This document shows positions 7,833 through 17,072 of a DNA stretch of 30,894 nucleotides, piece after piece. The stretch's first letter is position 1; each line of letters begins with the position of its first letter. This DNA is from Vicinamibacterales bacterium (GTDB lineage Bacteria > Acidobacteriota > Vicinamibacteria > Vicinamibacterales > Fen-181): contig DAOPQX010000002.1 in assembly GCA_035348395.1 (NCBI GenBank), positions 1-30,894 of the forward strand, given 5' to 3'. The position numbers and the translations under genes are program-made. The notes beneath the pieces were generated by a model. That model saw only the letters and a program-made list of their open reading frames with translations. It ran no database searches and was not told the DNA's origin.

Positions 7833-8795
7833 TTACACCGCCTCGATCGTCGACGGCGGCTTGGTGGCGATGTTGTAGGTCACGCTCACCACGCCCGGCA
7901 CCGCCTCGAGGATCTCGTCCGCGATTCGCCGCAGCAGCTCGTACGGCAGGTTGGTCGGCGTCGCCTGGCGCGCGTCGAGGCTGTCCCAGCACCGCACCTC
8001 GATCTGGCCGCCGAACTGGCGCTTCCCGCCGCGCATGCCGGTGACCCGGTCCTCGTGGAGGATGGCCAAGTACTGGAAGGCGCCGACGCCAGCGAGCAGG
8101 CGCTCCACCACGGTCGTCGCCTTTCGTACCGTGTCGACCCGCTCCCGCGTCACCTCGCCGATCACCCTCGCCGCCAGCGCCGGGCCGGGGAACGGGATCC
8201 GGTTGAACAGCTCGGCGGGCAGGCCGAGCGCGCGGCCCACCGCCCGGACTCCGTCCTTGCGCAGCTGGACGAGCGGCTCGAGGATCCGGTAGCCGAAGGC
8301 CTCCTGCGGGTCGATGCCGAGCTGCTCGAACACGTTGTGCTGCCGCTTGATCCCCGCCACCGTCTCGTCCACGTCGGTCAGGATCGTCCCCTGCAGCAGC
8401 GACCGCGCGCCGCTCTCGCGGACGATGCGGCCGAAGACCTTCTTGTAGAAGGTCTGGGTAATCGCCTCGCGCTTCTCCTCGGGGTCGGTCAGGCCGGCGA
8501 GGGCCGCGAAGAAGTCGTCGCGCGCGTCCACGATGTCGACCGGCACCCCGAGCGAACCGAAGAGCCCGGCGACGCGCTCGGCCTCTCCCTCACGCATCAG
8601 GCCGTTCTCGATGAACACCGACTTCAACCGCGGCCCGAGCGCTCGATGCCCCAGCATGGTGACGGTGGAGGAGTCCACGCCGCCCGAGAGGGCGCTGATG
8701 GCCTCGCCGTCGCCGACCGCGGCCCTGATCTCGGCCACCTTCTCCTCGATGAACCGCTCGGTGTCCAGCTCGCGCAGCGTGATTTCCTTGATCAT
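7833..8795 (-). CDS. Stand-alone GMP synthase-like ATP pyrophosphatase subunit (GuaA subunit B type, no glutaminase domain)
   Basis: PP-loop SALSGGVDSS, LLQGTI, EPL..LRKDGVR, RIPFPGPALAARV and C-terminal KPPSTIE. Length 320 aa, SD AAAGGA. Confidence 0.82.
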   Translation of the reverse strand: MIKEITLRELDTERFIEEKVAEIRAAVGDGEAISALSGGVDSSTVTMLGHRALGPRLKSVFIENGLMREGEAERVAGLFGSLGVPVDIVDARDDFFAALAGLTDPEEKREAITQTFYKKVFGRIVRESGARSLLQGTILTDVDETVAGIKRQHNVFEQLGIDPQEAFGYRILEPLVQLRKDGVRAVGRALGLPAELFNRIPFPGPALAARVIGEVTRERVDTVRKATTVVERLLAGVGAFQYLAILHEDRVTGMRGGKRQFGGQIEVRCWDSLDARQATPTNLPYELLRRIADEILEAVPGVVSVTYNIATKPPSTIEAV

Positions 8796-8866
8796 CTGAG
8801 CCGTCCTTTCGTGCCGGGGGCCCAGGCGGCAAGCCCCGTGAATGGTGATGCCTCACGACTGAAAGC

Positions 8867-8875
8867 TGATAAGTT
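8867..8875 (+). promoter_or_regulatory. Extended -10 (TGaTAAGTT), 7 nt before the DDAH ATG (leaderless geometry)
   Basis: TGnTAnnnT at 8867-8875, ATG at 8883, no SD. Confidence 0.5.
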
Positions 8876-8882
8876 AGCCCCT

Positions 8883-9650
8883 ATGCCGCTCCTGGCCGTC
8901 ACCCGCGATCTCAGCCCGTCGTTCGAGCAGTGCCAGCTCACCCATCTCGCCCGCCAGCCCATCGACCTCGCGCGCGCGCGAACGCAGCACGAGGCCTACG
9001 AGCGGTGCCTGGCCTCGCTCGGCTGCCGCGTGGAGCGGCTGCCGGCCGGCGACGACCTCCCCGACTCCGTCTTCGTCGAGGACTGCGCGATCGTGCTCGA
9101 CGAGATCGCCGTCCTCACCCGCCCCGGCGCCGCGTCCCGGCGGCCGGAGGTGCCGGCGGTCGAGGCGGCACTTCGCCCCTATCGCCCCTCGGTGCGCATC
9201 GCCGCCCCCGCCACCATCGACGGCGGCGACGTGCTTCGCGTCGGCCGCACCCTGTACGTCGGCCTCTCCACCCGGACCACCGAACTGGCGGTCGAGCAGC
9301 TCGAAGGCCTCGTCGGGCCGTTCGGATACCAGGTGGTGGCCGCCAAGGTGCACGGCTGCCTGCACCTCAAGAGCGCGGCCACCGAGGTGGCTCCGAACCT
9401 CCTCCTCGTGAACCCCGCCTGGGTCGGCGACTGGGCCCGCGCCTTCGACCGCATCGAGGTCGATCCCGCCGAGCCGTTCGCAGCCAACGCCCTCAGGGTC
9501 GGCGACGCGCTCGTCTATCCCTGCGCCTTCCCCCGGACCCGGGCGCGCCTCGAGGCCCGGGGGCTCGACGTGCGCCCGGTCGACGTCTCCGAGCTGGCCA
9601 AGGCCGAGGGGGCCGTCACCTGCTGCAGCCTCGTGTTCGAGGCCCCGTGA
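8883..9650 (+). CDS. ddaH: N(G),N(G)-dimethylarginine dimethylaminohydrolase (amidinotransferase superfamily), 255 aa
   Basis: Motifs PDSVFVED, IDGGDVL, LHLKS and SELAKAEGAVTCCSL give the Asp/His/Cys triad pattern. It is the C-terminal part of ORF 8055..9650. Confidence 0.88.
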   Translation: MPLLAVTRDLSPSFEQCQLTHLARQPIDLARARTQHEAYERCLASLGCRVERLPAGDDLPDSVFVEDCAIVLDEIAVLTRPGAASRRPEVPAVEAALRPYRPSVRIAAPATIDGGDVLRVGRTLYVGLSTRTTELAVEQLEGLVGPFGYQVVAAKVHGCLHLKSAATEVAPNLLLVNPAWVGDWARAFDRIEVDPAEPFAANALRVGDALVYPCAFPRTRARLEARGLDVRPVDVSELAKAEGAVTCCSLVFEAP

Positions 9651-9653
9651 CGC

Positions 9654-9673
9654 CTGGGGGGCCGACCCCCCAG
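9654..9673. terminator. 8-bp hairpin after the DDAH stop codon
   Basis: CTGGGGGG-CCGA-CCCCCCAG. Confidence 0.55.
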
Positions 9674-9692
9674 CCCCCAGTCCCGAGCCCCT
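9672..9692. repeat. Degenerate heptamer tandem repeat x3 (STRR-like)
   Basis: AGCCCCC AGTCCCG AGCCCCT; contains CCCCAGT. Confidence 0.55.
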
Positions 9693-11649
9693 ATTTCCGT
9701 CGCACGGCCGTCACGGTGACCTGCGACGGGTACTGCTTCGAGTGGTGCACCACGTTGTGCGCCACGACGCCGCGGCTCTCGTCGTAGTTGTTGCCGCCGG
9801 TGTTCAGATTGCGATCGAAGCGCGGGAAGTTGCTGCTCGACACCTCGATCCGCAGCCGGTGCCCCGGCGCGAAGTAGTTGCTCGTCGTCAGCGGCTGCAG
9901 CGTCACCTTGTAGACCTTTCCCGGCTGCATCCACACCGGCGCGTCGTACCCCTCCCGGTACCGCATCCGTTGGATCGACTCGTCCAGGTTGTAGGCGCGT
10001 CCGTCCGGGTACACGTCGAGCACCTTCACCGTGAAGTCGGTGTCCTTCGCGTCGGACGAGACGTACAGCGTCGGCTCGATCGGGCCGCTCAGCTCGATCC
10101 CCTGCTCGAAGGGTTCCGAGGTGTACACGAGGATGTCGTGGCGCGCCTCCATCTTCCGCTGGTCGAACGACCCCGCCGTGACCGCCGTCCCCATGCAGCA
10201 CACGTTGCCGCCGTACGAGGTCACCGGGTTCATCGGGTCGTACGTGAAGGCGTCGGGCGTGTCGGCCTCCGGCGGGCGGGCCGCCAGCACGCCGTCGCCG
10301 TGCAGCGAGTTCGCCTTGCCGCCGCTTGCCAGGTAGAACGTCATCGGGGCGGCGCCTTCCGGCGGCCACGTGGGCGACTCCTGCCACCGGTTCGACCCCA
10401 TGGTGAAGTACGTCACCTTCGGCAGGCTCTCGAGCCGGCCGCCCTTCTCCCCCTTGAGGTACCGGTCGAAGAAGCCGTAGATCACCTCCTGGTAGTCGAA
10501 GCGGGCGTCGCCCATGCTGCGCTCGCCGACGACCGTGTCCTCGGTGGCGCGAGTGTAGGCGCAGTGGGCCACCGGCGCGATGATCGCCCACTGCTGCTCC
10601 GCGATCTCGGGCCGCGCCGTCTTGCGAACGTGGTTGTAGAGGGCCAGGTTCGGGCCGACCGACACGTCGTACCACGACATGAACCACAGACCCGGCACGT
10701 TGATGGTGTCGTTGTCGTGGAAGAGCCCACCCTTGTACCAGGCCGGGTCGTTCGGCGCCCGCTGGATCATGCGGCCCCCCGTCGGCACCGGCATCGGATC
10801 GGAGAAGATTCCCCGCTGGCCGTCCACGTTCTTCAGGATGTCCTGCACCGGGAGGTGCCACAGCGCCTGCGACCAGTCCACCTGTGCGATTCGCGGCGCG
10901 AGGTCGAAGTACCGCGAGGCGGCCACCAGGTCCTCGCGAGGCATGTCGCGCGGGAACATCGGCCGCAGCTGATTCTGCTCGCCGTGGAGCCACGCGATGA
11001 AGAGCATCTGGACGGCGCCGCCGCGGTACCAGTTGCCCTGCTCGAAGTACGGCGCGACGCGGCCCACCCCGGCGCCGAACCCCTGGACGTTCATCGCGGC
11101 GTAGGCGGGGTGACCCATCGCGGCGATCGCCATCTGGTACTCCGCCGTCGACGAGCACCCGGTCGTGCCGACCCTGCCGTTCGACCACGGCTGCTTCGCG
11201 ATCCAGTCGAGGGCGTCGTAGCCGTCGGTGGTCGGCGCCCCGAGGATGTCGTAGTGCCCCTCGGAGAAGAAGTGGCCGCGCTCGTTCTGGATGACGTAGG
11301 CGTAGCCGCGCTTCACGGCGGCGAGCACCTGCGTCATGTCCCTCGGGACGCCGTTCTGCACGTCCCAGTGGTTGAAGTTGTAGGGCGTGCGGACGAAGAT
11401 CGTTGGAACCTTCGCCCCGCCGTTCCTGGGGCGATAGACGTCGGTGGCCAGGCGGACGCCGTCGCGCATCGGCATCATCACCTTGCGCTCCACCTCGGCC
11501 ACCTCCTGCAGCTCCCGCTCGGCACGCCAGCGTTGGGCGGCCTGGTCGGGGGTGAGCCCGGCCTGGCGTTGGGCGGCGAGCGAGCCGGCCATCGCGGTGG
11601 CGAGGGCGGCCAGGGCGGCGACGAGGAACCGGCGAACGGGATTGGGCAT
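9691..11649 (-). CDS. Secreted CocE/NonD family alpha/beta hydrolase (S15 peptidase/acylase-like), 652 aa
   Basis: Motifs [27 protein letters not shown], nucleophile elbow GCSS, SWYD, D.TDFTVK.LDVYPDG and [22 protein letters not shown]-terminal signal peptide [17 protein letters not shown]. Confidence 0.9.
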   Translation of the reverse strand: MPNPVRRFLVAALAALATAMAGSLAAQRQAGLTPDQAAQRWRAERELQEVAEVERKVMMPMRDGVRLATDVYRPRNGGAKVPTIFVRTPYNFNHWDVQNGVPRDMTQVLAAVKRGYAYVIQNERGHFFSEGHYDILGAPTTDGYDALDWIAKQPWSNGRVGTTGCSSTAEYQMAIAAMGHPAYAAMNVQGFGAGVGRVAPYFEQGNWYRGGAVQMLFIAWLHGEQNQLRPMFPRDMPREDLVAASRYFDLAPRIAQVDWSQALWHLPVQDILKNVDGQRGIFSDPMPVPTGGRMIQRAPNDPAWYKGGLFHDNDTINVPGLWFMSWYDVSVGPNLALYNHVRKTARPEIAEQQWAIIAPVAHCAYTRATEDTVVGERSMGDARFDYQEVIYGFFDRYLKGEKGGRLESLPKVTYFTMGSNRWQESPTWPPEGAAPMTFYLASGGKANSLHGDGVLAARPPEADTPDAFTYDPMNPVTSYGGNVCCMGTAVTAGSFDQRKMEARHDILVYTSEPFEQGIELSGPIEPTLYVSSDAKDTDFTVKVLDVYPDGRAYNLDESIQRMRYREGYDAPVWMQPGKVYKVTLQPLTTSNYFAPGHRLRIEVSSSNFPRFDRNLNTGGNNYDESRGVVAHNVVHHSKQYPSQVTVTAVRRK

Positions 11650-11781
11650 CGGGCGCTCCTCGAATGTGCGCCATACATTACAACGAACAGGCACGGCCCC
11701 GCGTCACGGGGCGGCCCGGCTCGGGGTATTCTACGGGGGCGTACGGCCCGTCCGAGCCATGAGACCTGATCCAGAAGACCC

Positions 11782-14211
11782 ATGAACAAAGCACTTCTCG
11801 TTGCCGTCCTGGCCGGTTGTACCGCGGTCGTGTCGTCCCAGCCCCGGGCCGACTACCCGGCGGCGCCGGTTCCCTTCACCGACGTCCACCTCTCGGATTC
11901 ATTCTGGGCGCCGCGCCTCGAGCGGAACCGCTCGGTGACCATCCCCCACAACCTGGCGCAGCTCACCGAGAGCAAGCGCGTCGAGAACTTCGACCGGGCG
12001 GCCGCGGCCATGGCGAGCGGCCGGGAGGGCCAGTTCTGCTCCGTCTTCCCGTTCGACGACTCCGACGTCTACAAGGCGATCGAAGCCGCGTCGTACGCCC
12101 TCGCCATCAAGCCGGATCCGGCGCTCGACGCGCGCATCGACGAGCTGATCGCCAAGGTCGCGAAGTCGCAGGAGCCGGATGGGTACCTCTACACCGCCCG
12201 GACGATCGGCGGCCCGCCGCCGCAGCCCTGGGTGGGCAGCCAGCGGTGGTCGTATCTCTACCTGAGCCACGAGCTGTACAACGTGGGGCACCTTTACGAG
12301 GCGGCCGCCGCCCATTTCCAGGCCACCGGCAAGCGGAGCCTGCTCGACATCGCGATCAAGAGCGCCGACCTGGTCGCCAAGGAATTCGGCCCCGGCAAGC
12401 GGACCAATCCCCCGGGCCACCAGGAAATCGAGATCGGCCTGGTGAAGCTGTACCGCGTCACGGGGAACGCGGCATACCTCGACCTCGCGAAGTTCTTCAT
12501 CGACGTGCGCGGCCGCACAGACGCGCGGATCCCCTTCGAGCTGGACGGCAGGACGCAGCTGCTCTACGGCGAGTACGCGCAGGACGACAAGCCGTTTGTG
12601 GAGCAGACCGAGGCGGTGGGCCATGCGGTGCGTGCCGGCTACCTCTACGCGGGAGCGGCCGACGTGGCCGCCCTTCGCCAGGACAAGGCCTACATGGCGG
12701 CCCTCGAGCGCATCTGGGCCGACGTGGTGGGGAAGAAGCTGTACATCACTGGCGGCATCGGCGCGGCCGGCGCGTGGGAGGGCTACGGCCCGGCGTACCG
12801 CCTGCCCAACGCCAGCGCCTACGCCGAGACTTGCGCCAACATCGCCACCTTCCTCTGGAACTCGCGGATGCAGCGCCTCGCCCTCGACGCGAAGTACGCC
12901 GACGTGATGGAACGGATCCTCTACAACGGCGTGCTGTCGGGGCTGTCGCTCTCGGGCGACCGTTTCTTCTACCCGAACCCGCTGGCCTCGTTCGGCCAGC
13001 ACGAGCGCACCCCCTGGTTCACGTGCGCCTGCTGCCCGCCGAACGTCGCCCGCGTCCTCACCTCGGTGCCGGGCTACTTCTACGCGGCGTCCCAGGACAG
13101 CGTCTACGTGAACCTGTTCGCCGAGGGGCGGGCGGCGATGTCGCCTCGCGGGACGAAACTGGAGCTGCGCCAGAAGACCGAGTACCCGTGGCAGGGTGAC
13201 ATCCTGATCGAGGTTGACCCCGAGCGCCCCGTCGCGTTCCGCCTGCACGTCCGCATCCCCGGCTGGGCCCGGAACCAGCCCGTGCCCTCCGACCTCTACC
13301 GGTACATCGAGCCGCCCGCGGGAGTCCCCGTGCTTCGCGTGAACGGCTCGGAGGTGAAGCCCCCTGTCGAGAAGGGCTACGCGGTGATCGACCGCACGTG
13401 GAAGTCAGGCGACAAGGTCGAGCTGAGCCTGCCGATGCCGATCCGGCGCGTGGTCGCACACGACGCGGTCGAGGCCGACAGGGGGCGCGTCGCGATCGAG
13501 CGCGGGCCGCTGGTGTACTGCGCCGAGGGGCCCGACAACGACGGCCGGGCCGCGAACCTCGTCCTGCCCGACGGGGCCGCCCTGGCCGCCGAGAAGCGGC
13601 CCGACCTGCTGGGGGGCGTCGTCGTGATCAAGGGCGTGGGCGAGGCAGTTGCGGAGAAGGGGGGGCGGGTCGGCTCGGCGCCGAAGCCGGTGACCTTGAT
13701 CCCGTACTACGCCTGGGCCAACCGCGGAAAGGCCGAGATGGCCGTCTGGCTCGCGCGCGATCCGTCACGGGCCCGCCCGGTCCGCGAGCCCGGCCTGGCG
13801 GCGAAGGCGAAGGTGGCCGCCTCACCGAAGGCCGCCTACCCGCAGCGCGTCAACGACCAGTACGATCCCGAGTCGTCGGACGATGGGACCGGCTACATGC
13901 ACTGGTACCCGCAGAAGGGGAACCTGGCGTGGGTCGAGTACGCGTTCGACGCCCCGGTGACCGTGTCGGAGTCGTCGGTGTACTGGTTCGACGATACCGG
14001 CGGCGGCAGCGTCCGCGTCCCCGCGTCGTGGCGGTTGCTCTACAAGGACGGGCAGGAGTGGAAGCCGGTCGTCCTCAAAGAGCAGCCCGGCGTGGCCCGG
14101 GACCGCTGGAACACCGTGACGTTCGCGCCGCTGACCACCAGTGCCCTCCGCCTCGAGATCCAGGCGCAGAAGGACTGGTCGGTCGGCGTGCACGAGTGGA
14201 GCATCCGGTAG
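11782..14211 (+). CDS. Glycoside hydrolase family 127 (DUF1680; beta-L-arabinofuranosidase-like) with a C-terminal F5/8-like domain
   Basis: Motifs FPFDDSDVYKAIE, SHELY, GHQEIE, GHAVR, AETCA (Zn ligands), CACCPPN (Cys nucleophile), FYPNPL and LIPYYAWANRG. N-terminal signal peptide. Confidence 0.92.
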   Translation: MNKALLVAVLAGCTAVVSSQPRADYPAAPVPFTDVHLSDSFWAPRLERNRSVTIPHNLAQLTESKRVENFDRAAAAMASGREGQFCSVFPFDDSDVYKAIEAASYALAIKPDPALDARIDELIAKVAKSQEPDGYLYTARTIGGPPPQPWVGSQRWSYLYLSHELYNVGHLYEAAAAHFQATGKRSLLDIAIKSADLVAKEFGPGKRTNPPGHQEIEIGLVKLYRVTGNAAYLDLAKFFIDVRGRTDARIPFELDGRTQLLYGEYAQDDKPFVEQTEAVGHAVRAGYLYAGAADVAALRQDKAYMAALERIWADVVGKKLYITGGIGAAGAWEGYGPAYRLPNASAYAETCANIATFLWNSRMQRLALDAKYADVMERILYNGVLSGLSLSGDRFFYPNPLASFGQHERTPWFTCACCPPNVARVLTSVPGYFYAASQDSVYVNLFAEGRAAMSPRGTKLELRQKTEYPWQGDILIEVDPERPVAFRLHVRIPGWARNQPVPSDLYRYIEPPAGVPVLRVNGSEVKPPVEKGYAVIDRTWKSGDKVELSLPMPIRRVVAHDAVEADRGRVAIERGPLVYCAEGPDNDGRAANLVLPDGAALAAEKRPDLLGGVVVIKGVGEAVAEKGGRVGSAPKPVTLIPYYAWANRGKAEMAVWLARDPSRARPVREPGLAAKAKVAASPKAAYPQRVNDQYDPESSDDGTGYMHWYPQKGNLAWVEYAFDAPVTVSESSVYWFDDTGGGSVRVPASWRLLYKDGQEWKPVVLKEQPGVARDRWNTVTFAPLTTSALRLEIQAQKDWSVGVHEWSIR

Positions 14212-14228
14212 GGCAGCCGGGGGAGGAC

Positions 14229-14717
14229 ATGCACTACGCCTGGGAGGACAGCCCGGTCGGCCGGTTGTTGATTGGCGGCGACGAGCGCGGGCTTCGCTTC
14301 GTCCTCTTCGAGGAAGGCCGCGCGCCCGTCGTGCCCGAGCCCGGGTGGCGGGAAGACCCGGCGGCCGTGGCCGACGCGGTCACGCAGCTGCGGGAGTACT
14401 TCGCCGGAGTGCGGCGCCGCTTCGACCTCCCCCTGGCCCCGGCCGGGACGCCCTTCCAGCTGCGGGTCTGGGAGGCGCTGCGGCAGATTCCTTACGGCGA
14501 GACGGTGTCGTACGGCGAGCTGGCCAGGCGCGTGGGGTGCCCGAACGGGTCGCGGGCCGTGGGGCTGGCCAACGGCGCGAACCCGTTGTCGATCGTGGTG
14601 CCGTGCCACCGGGTCGTCGGCGCCGGCGGCAGACTGGTTGGCTACGGAGGGGGGCTTGGAGCGAAGCGGTGGTTGCTGGCGCTCGAGCAGGGAAGCAGGC
14701 GGATGTTGAACCTGTAA
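14229..14717 (+). CDS. ogt: Methylated-DNA--protein-cysteine methyltransferase, 162 aa
   Basis: Motifs GTPFQLRVWEALRQIPYGETVSY, RAVGLANGANP and the active-site PCHRV. SD GGGAGG precedes the ATG at 14229. Confidence 0.95.
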   Translation: MHYAWEDSPVGRLLIGGDERGLRFVLFEEGRAPVVPEPGWREDPAAVADAVTQLREYFAGVRRRFDLPLAPAGTPFQLRVWEALRQIPYGETVSYGELARRVGCPNGSRAVGLANGANPLSIVVPCHRVVGAGGRLVGYGGGLGAKRWLLALEQGSRRMLNL

Positions 14718-14718
14718 C

Positions 14719-14776
14719 CGGGAACGCGAGAGCGGAGGACGGAAACGGGGGACATTCTTTCCGCCGCCCGTTCCCG
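14719..14776. repeat. Long imperfect intergenic inverted repeat
   Basis: CGGGAACG(14719-26)/CGTTCCCG(14769-76), with inner pairs GCGG/CCGC and CGGAAA/TTTCCG. Confidence 0.45.
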
Positions 14777-14797
14777 CAATCATTGAGGGGCATTCCG

Positions 14798-16123
14798 ATG
14801 AATCGACGCGACTTCATGAAGACGACGGTGGTGGCGACGGCGGCGAGCGCGATCGGGACCAGGGCTGCGGGGGCGAAGACCGTGCAGGCCAACGATCGCA
14901 TCCAGGTGGGCTACATCGGCTGCGGCGCCCGGGCACACCAGCTCATGGATGCGACCGTGGCCCAGCCCGGCATCGAGGTCGTGGGGCTGTGCGACGCCTA
15001 CGCGGGCCGGATCGAGCGGGCGCAGGCGCGGGTTGGCGGGCGGGCGCAGGTCTACCGCGACTACAAGGAGCTGCTCGCGAACCCCGCGATCGACGCGGTC
15101 TTCATCGTGACCCCCGACCACTGGCACAAGACGATGACCCTCGACGCGCTGGCCGCGAAGAAGGACATCTACATCGAGAAGCCGTTCACCTTCACGGTGG
15201 ACGACGGCGTCGCGCTGGTCGATGCCGTGAAGAAGTCGGACCGCATCCTCCAGGTGGGCAGCCAGAGCGTCAGCTCGGCGGAGTACGGCACGGTGCGCGA
15301 GCTGATCCAGGGCGGCAAGATCGGCAAGGTCGTCATGGTGCGGGCGGCCTACAACCGCAACAGCGACAGCGGGGCCTGGCTCTACCCGATCCCGCCCGAC
15401 GCCAGCCCGAAGACCGTCAACTGGGAGCAGTTTCTCGGGCCTGCGCCGAAGCGGCCCTTCGACCTGGCGCGCTTCTTCCGGTGGCGCTGCTACTGGGACT
15501 ACTCGGGCGGCGTCGCGACCGACCTGTTCGTGCACCTGGTGTCGTGGATGCACTTCGCCACCGGCGCCAAGGCGCCGAAGATGGTGGTGGCGACCGGCGA
15601 GACCTACAAGTACGGCAAGACCCACGAGGTGCCCGACACGGTCAACGCGCTGCTGACCTACCCGGAGGGGTTCACCGCCAACCTGACCTGCACCTTCAAC
15701 AACGAGCAGGGCGCCGAGTCGGGCATGGAGATTCTCGGGACCAACGGCAGCCTGGTCGTCCGCGGCGGCACGGTGACCTTCAAGCCCGAGCCGCGGCGCG
15801 AGGACAACCGGTGGGTCGTGGCCTCGTGGCCCGAGGCGATGGAGAAGGCCTACTACGACGACCCCAAGGTGCAGGCGATCGAGTCGCCGTTCCTGTGGGA
15901 TCCAAAGATGGCGGGCGGCGTCGAGACCTGGGTCGCCGAGGGGCGCGACGACACCTACACCCACATTGCGAACTTCTTCGCGTCGGTCAAGTCGCGCAAG
16001 CAGCCGGTCGAGGATGCCTTGTTCGGCCACCGCGCGGCGGCCTGCGCGCACATGGTGAACCGGTCGATCCGCGAGAAGACGTTCGTCGAGTGGGATGCCG
16101 CCAACGAGCGGATGAAGGGATAA
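14798..16123 (+). CDS. Gfo/Idh/MocA family NAD(P)-dependent oxidoreductase with a Tat signal, 441 aa
   Basis: Starts MNRRDFMK. Motifs VGYIGCGAR, VTPDHWH, YIEKP, LQVGSQ, FFRWRCYWDYSGG and DLFVH. Confidence 0.92.
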   Translation: MNRRDFMKTTVVATAASAIGTRAAGAKTVQANDRIQVGYIGCGARAHQLMDATVAQPGIEVVGLCDAYAGRIERAQARVGGRAQVYRDYKELLANPAIDAVFIVTPDHWHKTMTLDALAAKKDIYIEKPFTFTVDDGVALVDAVKKSDRILQVGSQSVSSAEYGTVRELIQGGKIGKVVMVRAAYNRNSDSGAWLYPIPPDASPKTVNWEQFLGPAPKRPFDLARFFRWRCYWDYSGGVATDLFVHLVSWMHFATGAKAPKMVVATGETYKYGKTHEVPDTVNALLTYPEGFTANLTCTFNNEQGAESGMEILGTNGSLVVRGGTVTFKPEPRREDNRWVVASWPEAMEKAYYDDPKVQAIESPFLWDPKMAGGVETWVAEGRDDTYTHIANFFASVKSRKQPVEDALFGHRAAACAHMVNRSIREKTFVEWDAANERMKG

Positions 16124-16139
16124 GAGGAGGGCAGGTCCG

Positions 16140-17033
16140 ATGATTCGCAGCCGCCGGGAATTCTTGTCCGACAGTGCCGTCGTCCTGGCAGGGGCCGCCG
16201 TGCTCGGCGACCCCGCCACCTTGTTGGCCGCCCCCCCGCCCGCGAAGTGGCCCATCGGGTGCTTCAACCGCCCGTGGGCCCAGTGGCCGTTCGCCGAGAC
16301 GCTGAAGGGTGTCAAGGCCGCCGGGTACGGCCTGACCGGCCTGCTCACCCGCACGAAGATGGACCGGTTCATCGCCGACGATGCGACGCCCGAGTACCTC
16401 GAGGGGCTGAAGGCCGCGATTGCCGCCAGCGGGGTGAAGGCGGTCATGGGGGCGCTCAGGAGCCGCCACGACGTCCCGCTGGAACAGACCACCGCCAGCC
16501 TTCACAAGCAGATCGACAACGCGGCCTTCCTCGGCCTGCAGTCGGTCATGACCTTCGGCATCGACAACCCGGCGCAGCTCGACCACTACTTCAAGGCGAT
16601 GGCCGATGCGGCCGCGTACGGCCAGGAGAAGGGCGTCCAGGTCGTGATGAAGCCGCACGGGGGCAGCAGCGGCGCCTCCGACGAGATCATCGCCGCGATG
16701 AAGAAGGTCAACCACCGCAACTTCTCCATCTGGTACGACGCCGGGAACATCATCTACTACACCGGCAAGGACCCGATCGAGGAGCTGAAGCCGATCGTCC
16801 AGTACGTCACCGGGTTCTGCGCGAAGGACTGCGGCCAGCCGAAAGGCGACGTGATGATCCAGTTCGGCACCGGCAAGGTGGACTTCAGGGGCGTCTTCAA
16901 GGTGATGAAGGACGCGGGGTTCAACGGCCCGATCATGGTCGAAGGCGTGGCCCCGGGCGAGACGCCCGAGGCGGTGGCCGCCAACGCCCGCGCCAACCGC
17001 GAGTTCCTCGAGAAGGTTCTGGCGAGCCTGTAG
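16140..17033 (+). CDS. Xylose-isomerase-like TIM-barrel protein (sugar phosphate isomerase/epimerase family) with a Tat signal and an atypical metal site
   Basis: Tat motif SRREFL. Motifs WYDAGN, AKD, FGTGKVDF and GFNGPIMVE. Confidence 0.82.
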   Translation: MIRSRREFLSDSAVVLAGAAVLGDPATLLAAPPPAKWPIGCFNRPWAQWPFAETLKGVKAAGYGLTGLLTRTKMDRFIADDATPEYLEGLKAAIAASGVKAVMGALRSRHDVPLEQTTASLHKQIDNAAFLGLQSVMTFGIDNPAQLDHYFKAMADAAAYGQEKGVQVVMKPHGGSSGASDEIIAAMKKVNHRNFSIWYDAGNIIYYTGKDPIEELKPIVQYVTGFCAKDCGQPKGDVMIQFGTGKVDFRGVFKVMKDAGFNGPIMVEGVAPGETPEAVAANARANREFLEKVLASL

Positions 17034-17072
17034 CACGCGGCAGCCGTTCGGGCTGTTCGCGAGGAGATATCG

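Noticed and set aside
8796-8882. Purine riboswitch upstream of the GMP-synthase-like gene
   Set aside because: Only a weak GGGGC/GCCCC hairpin is visible. There are no purine-aptamer consensus elements, and the gap is short and shared with the DDAH promoter. An Rfam/Infernal scan would settle it.
7833-9650. DDAH supplying ammonia to the glutaminase-less GMP synthase subunit
   Set aside because: DDAH releases methylamines rather than ammonia, and divergent adjacency alone is no evidence of coupling.
11696-11758. Structured RNA between the CocE and GH127 genes
   Set aside because: The stems are only 6-7 bp of nearly pure GC (GCCCCG/CGGGGC, GGCTCGG/CCGAGCC), which is expected by chance at this composition.
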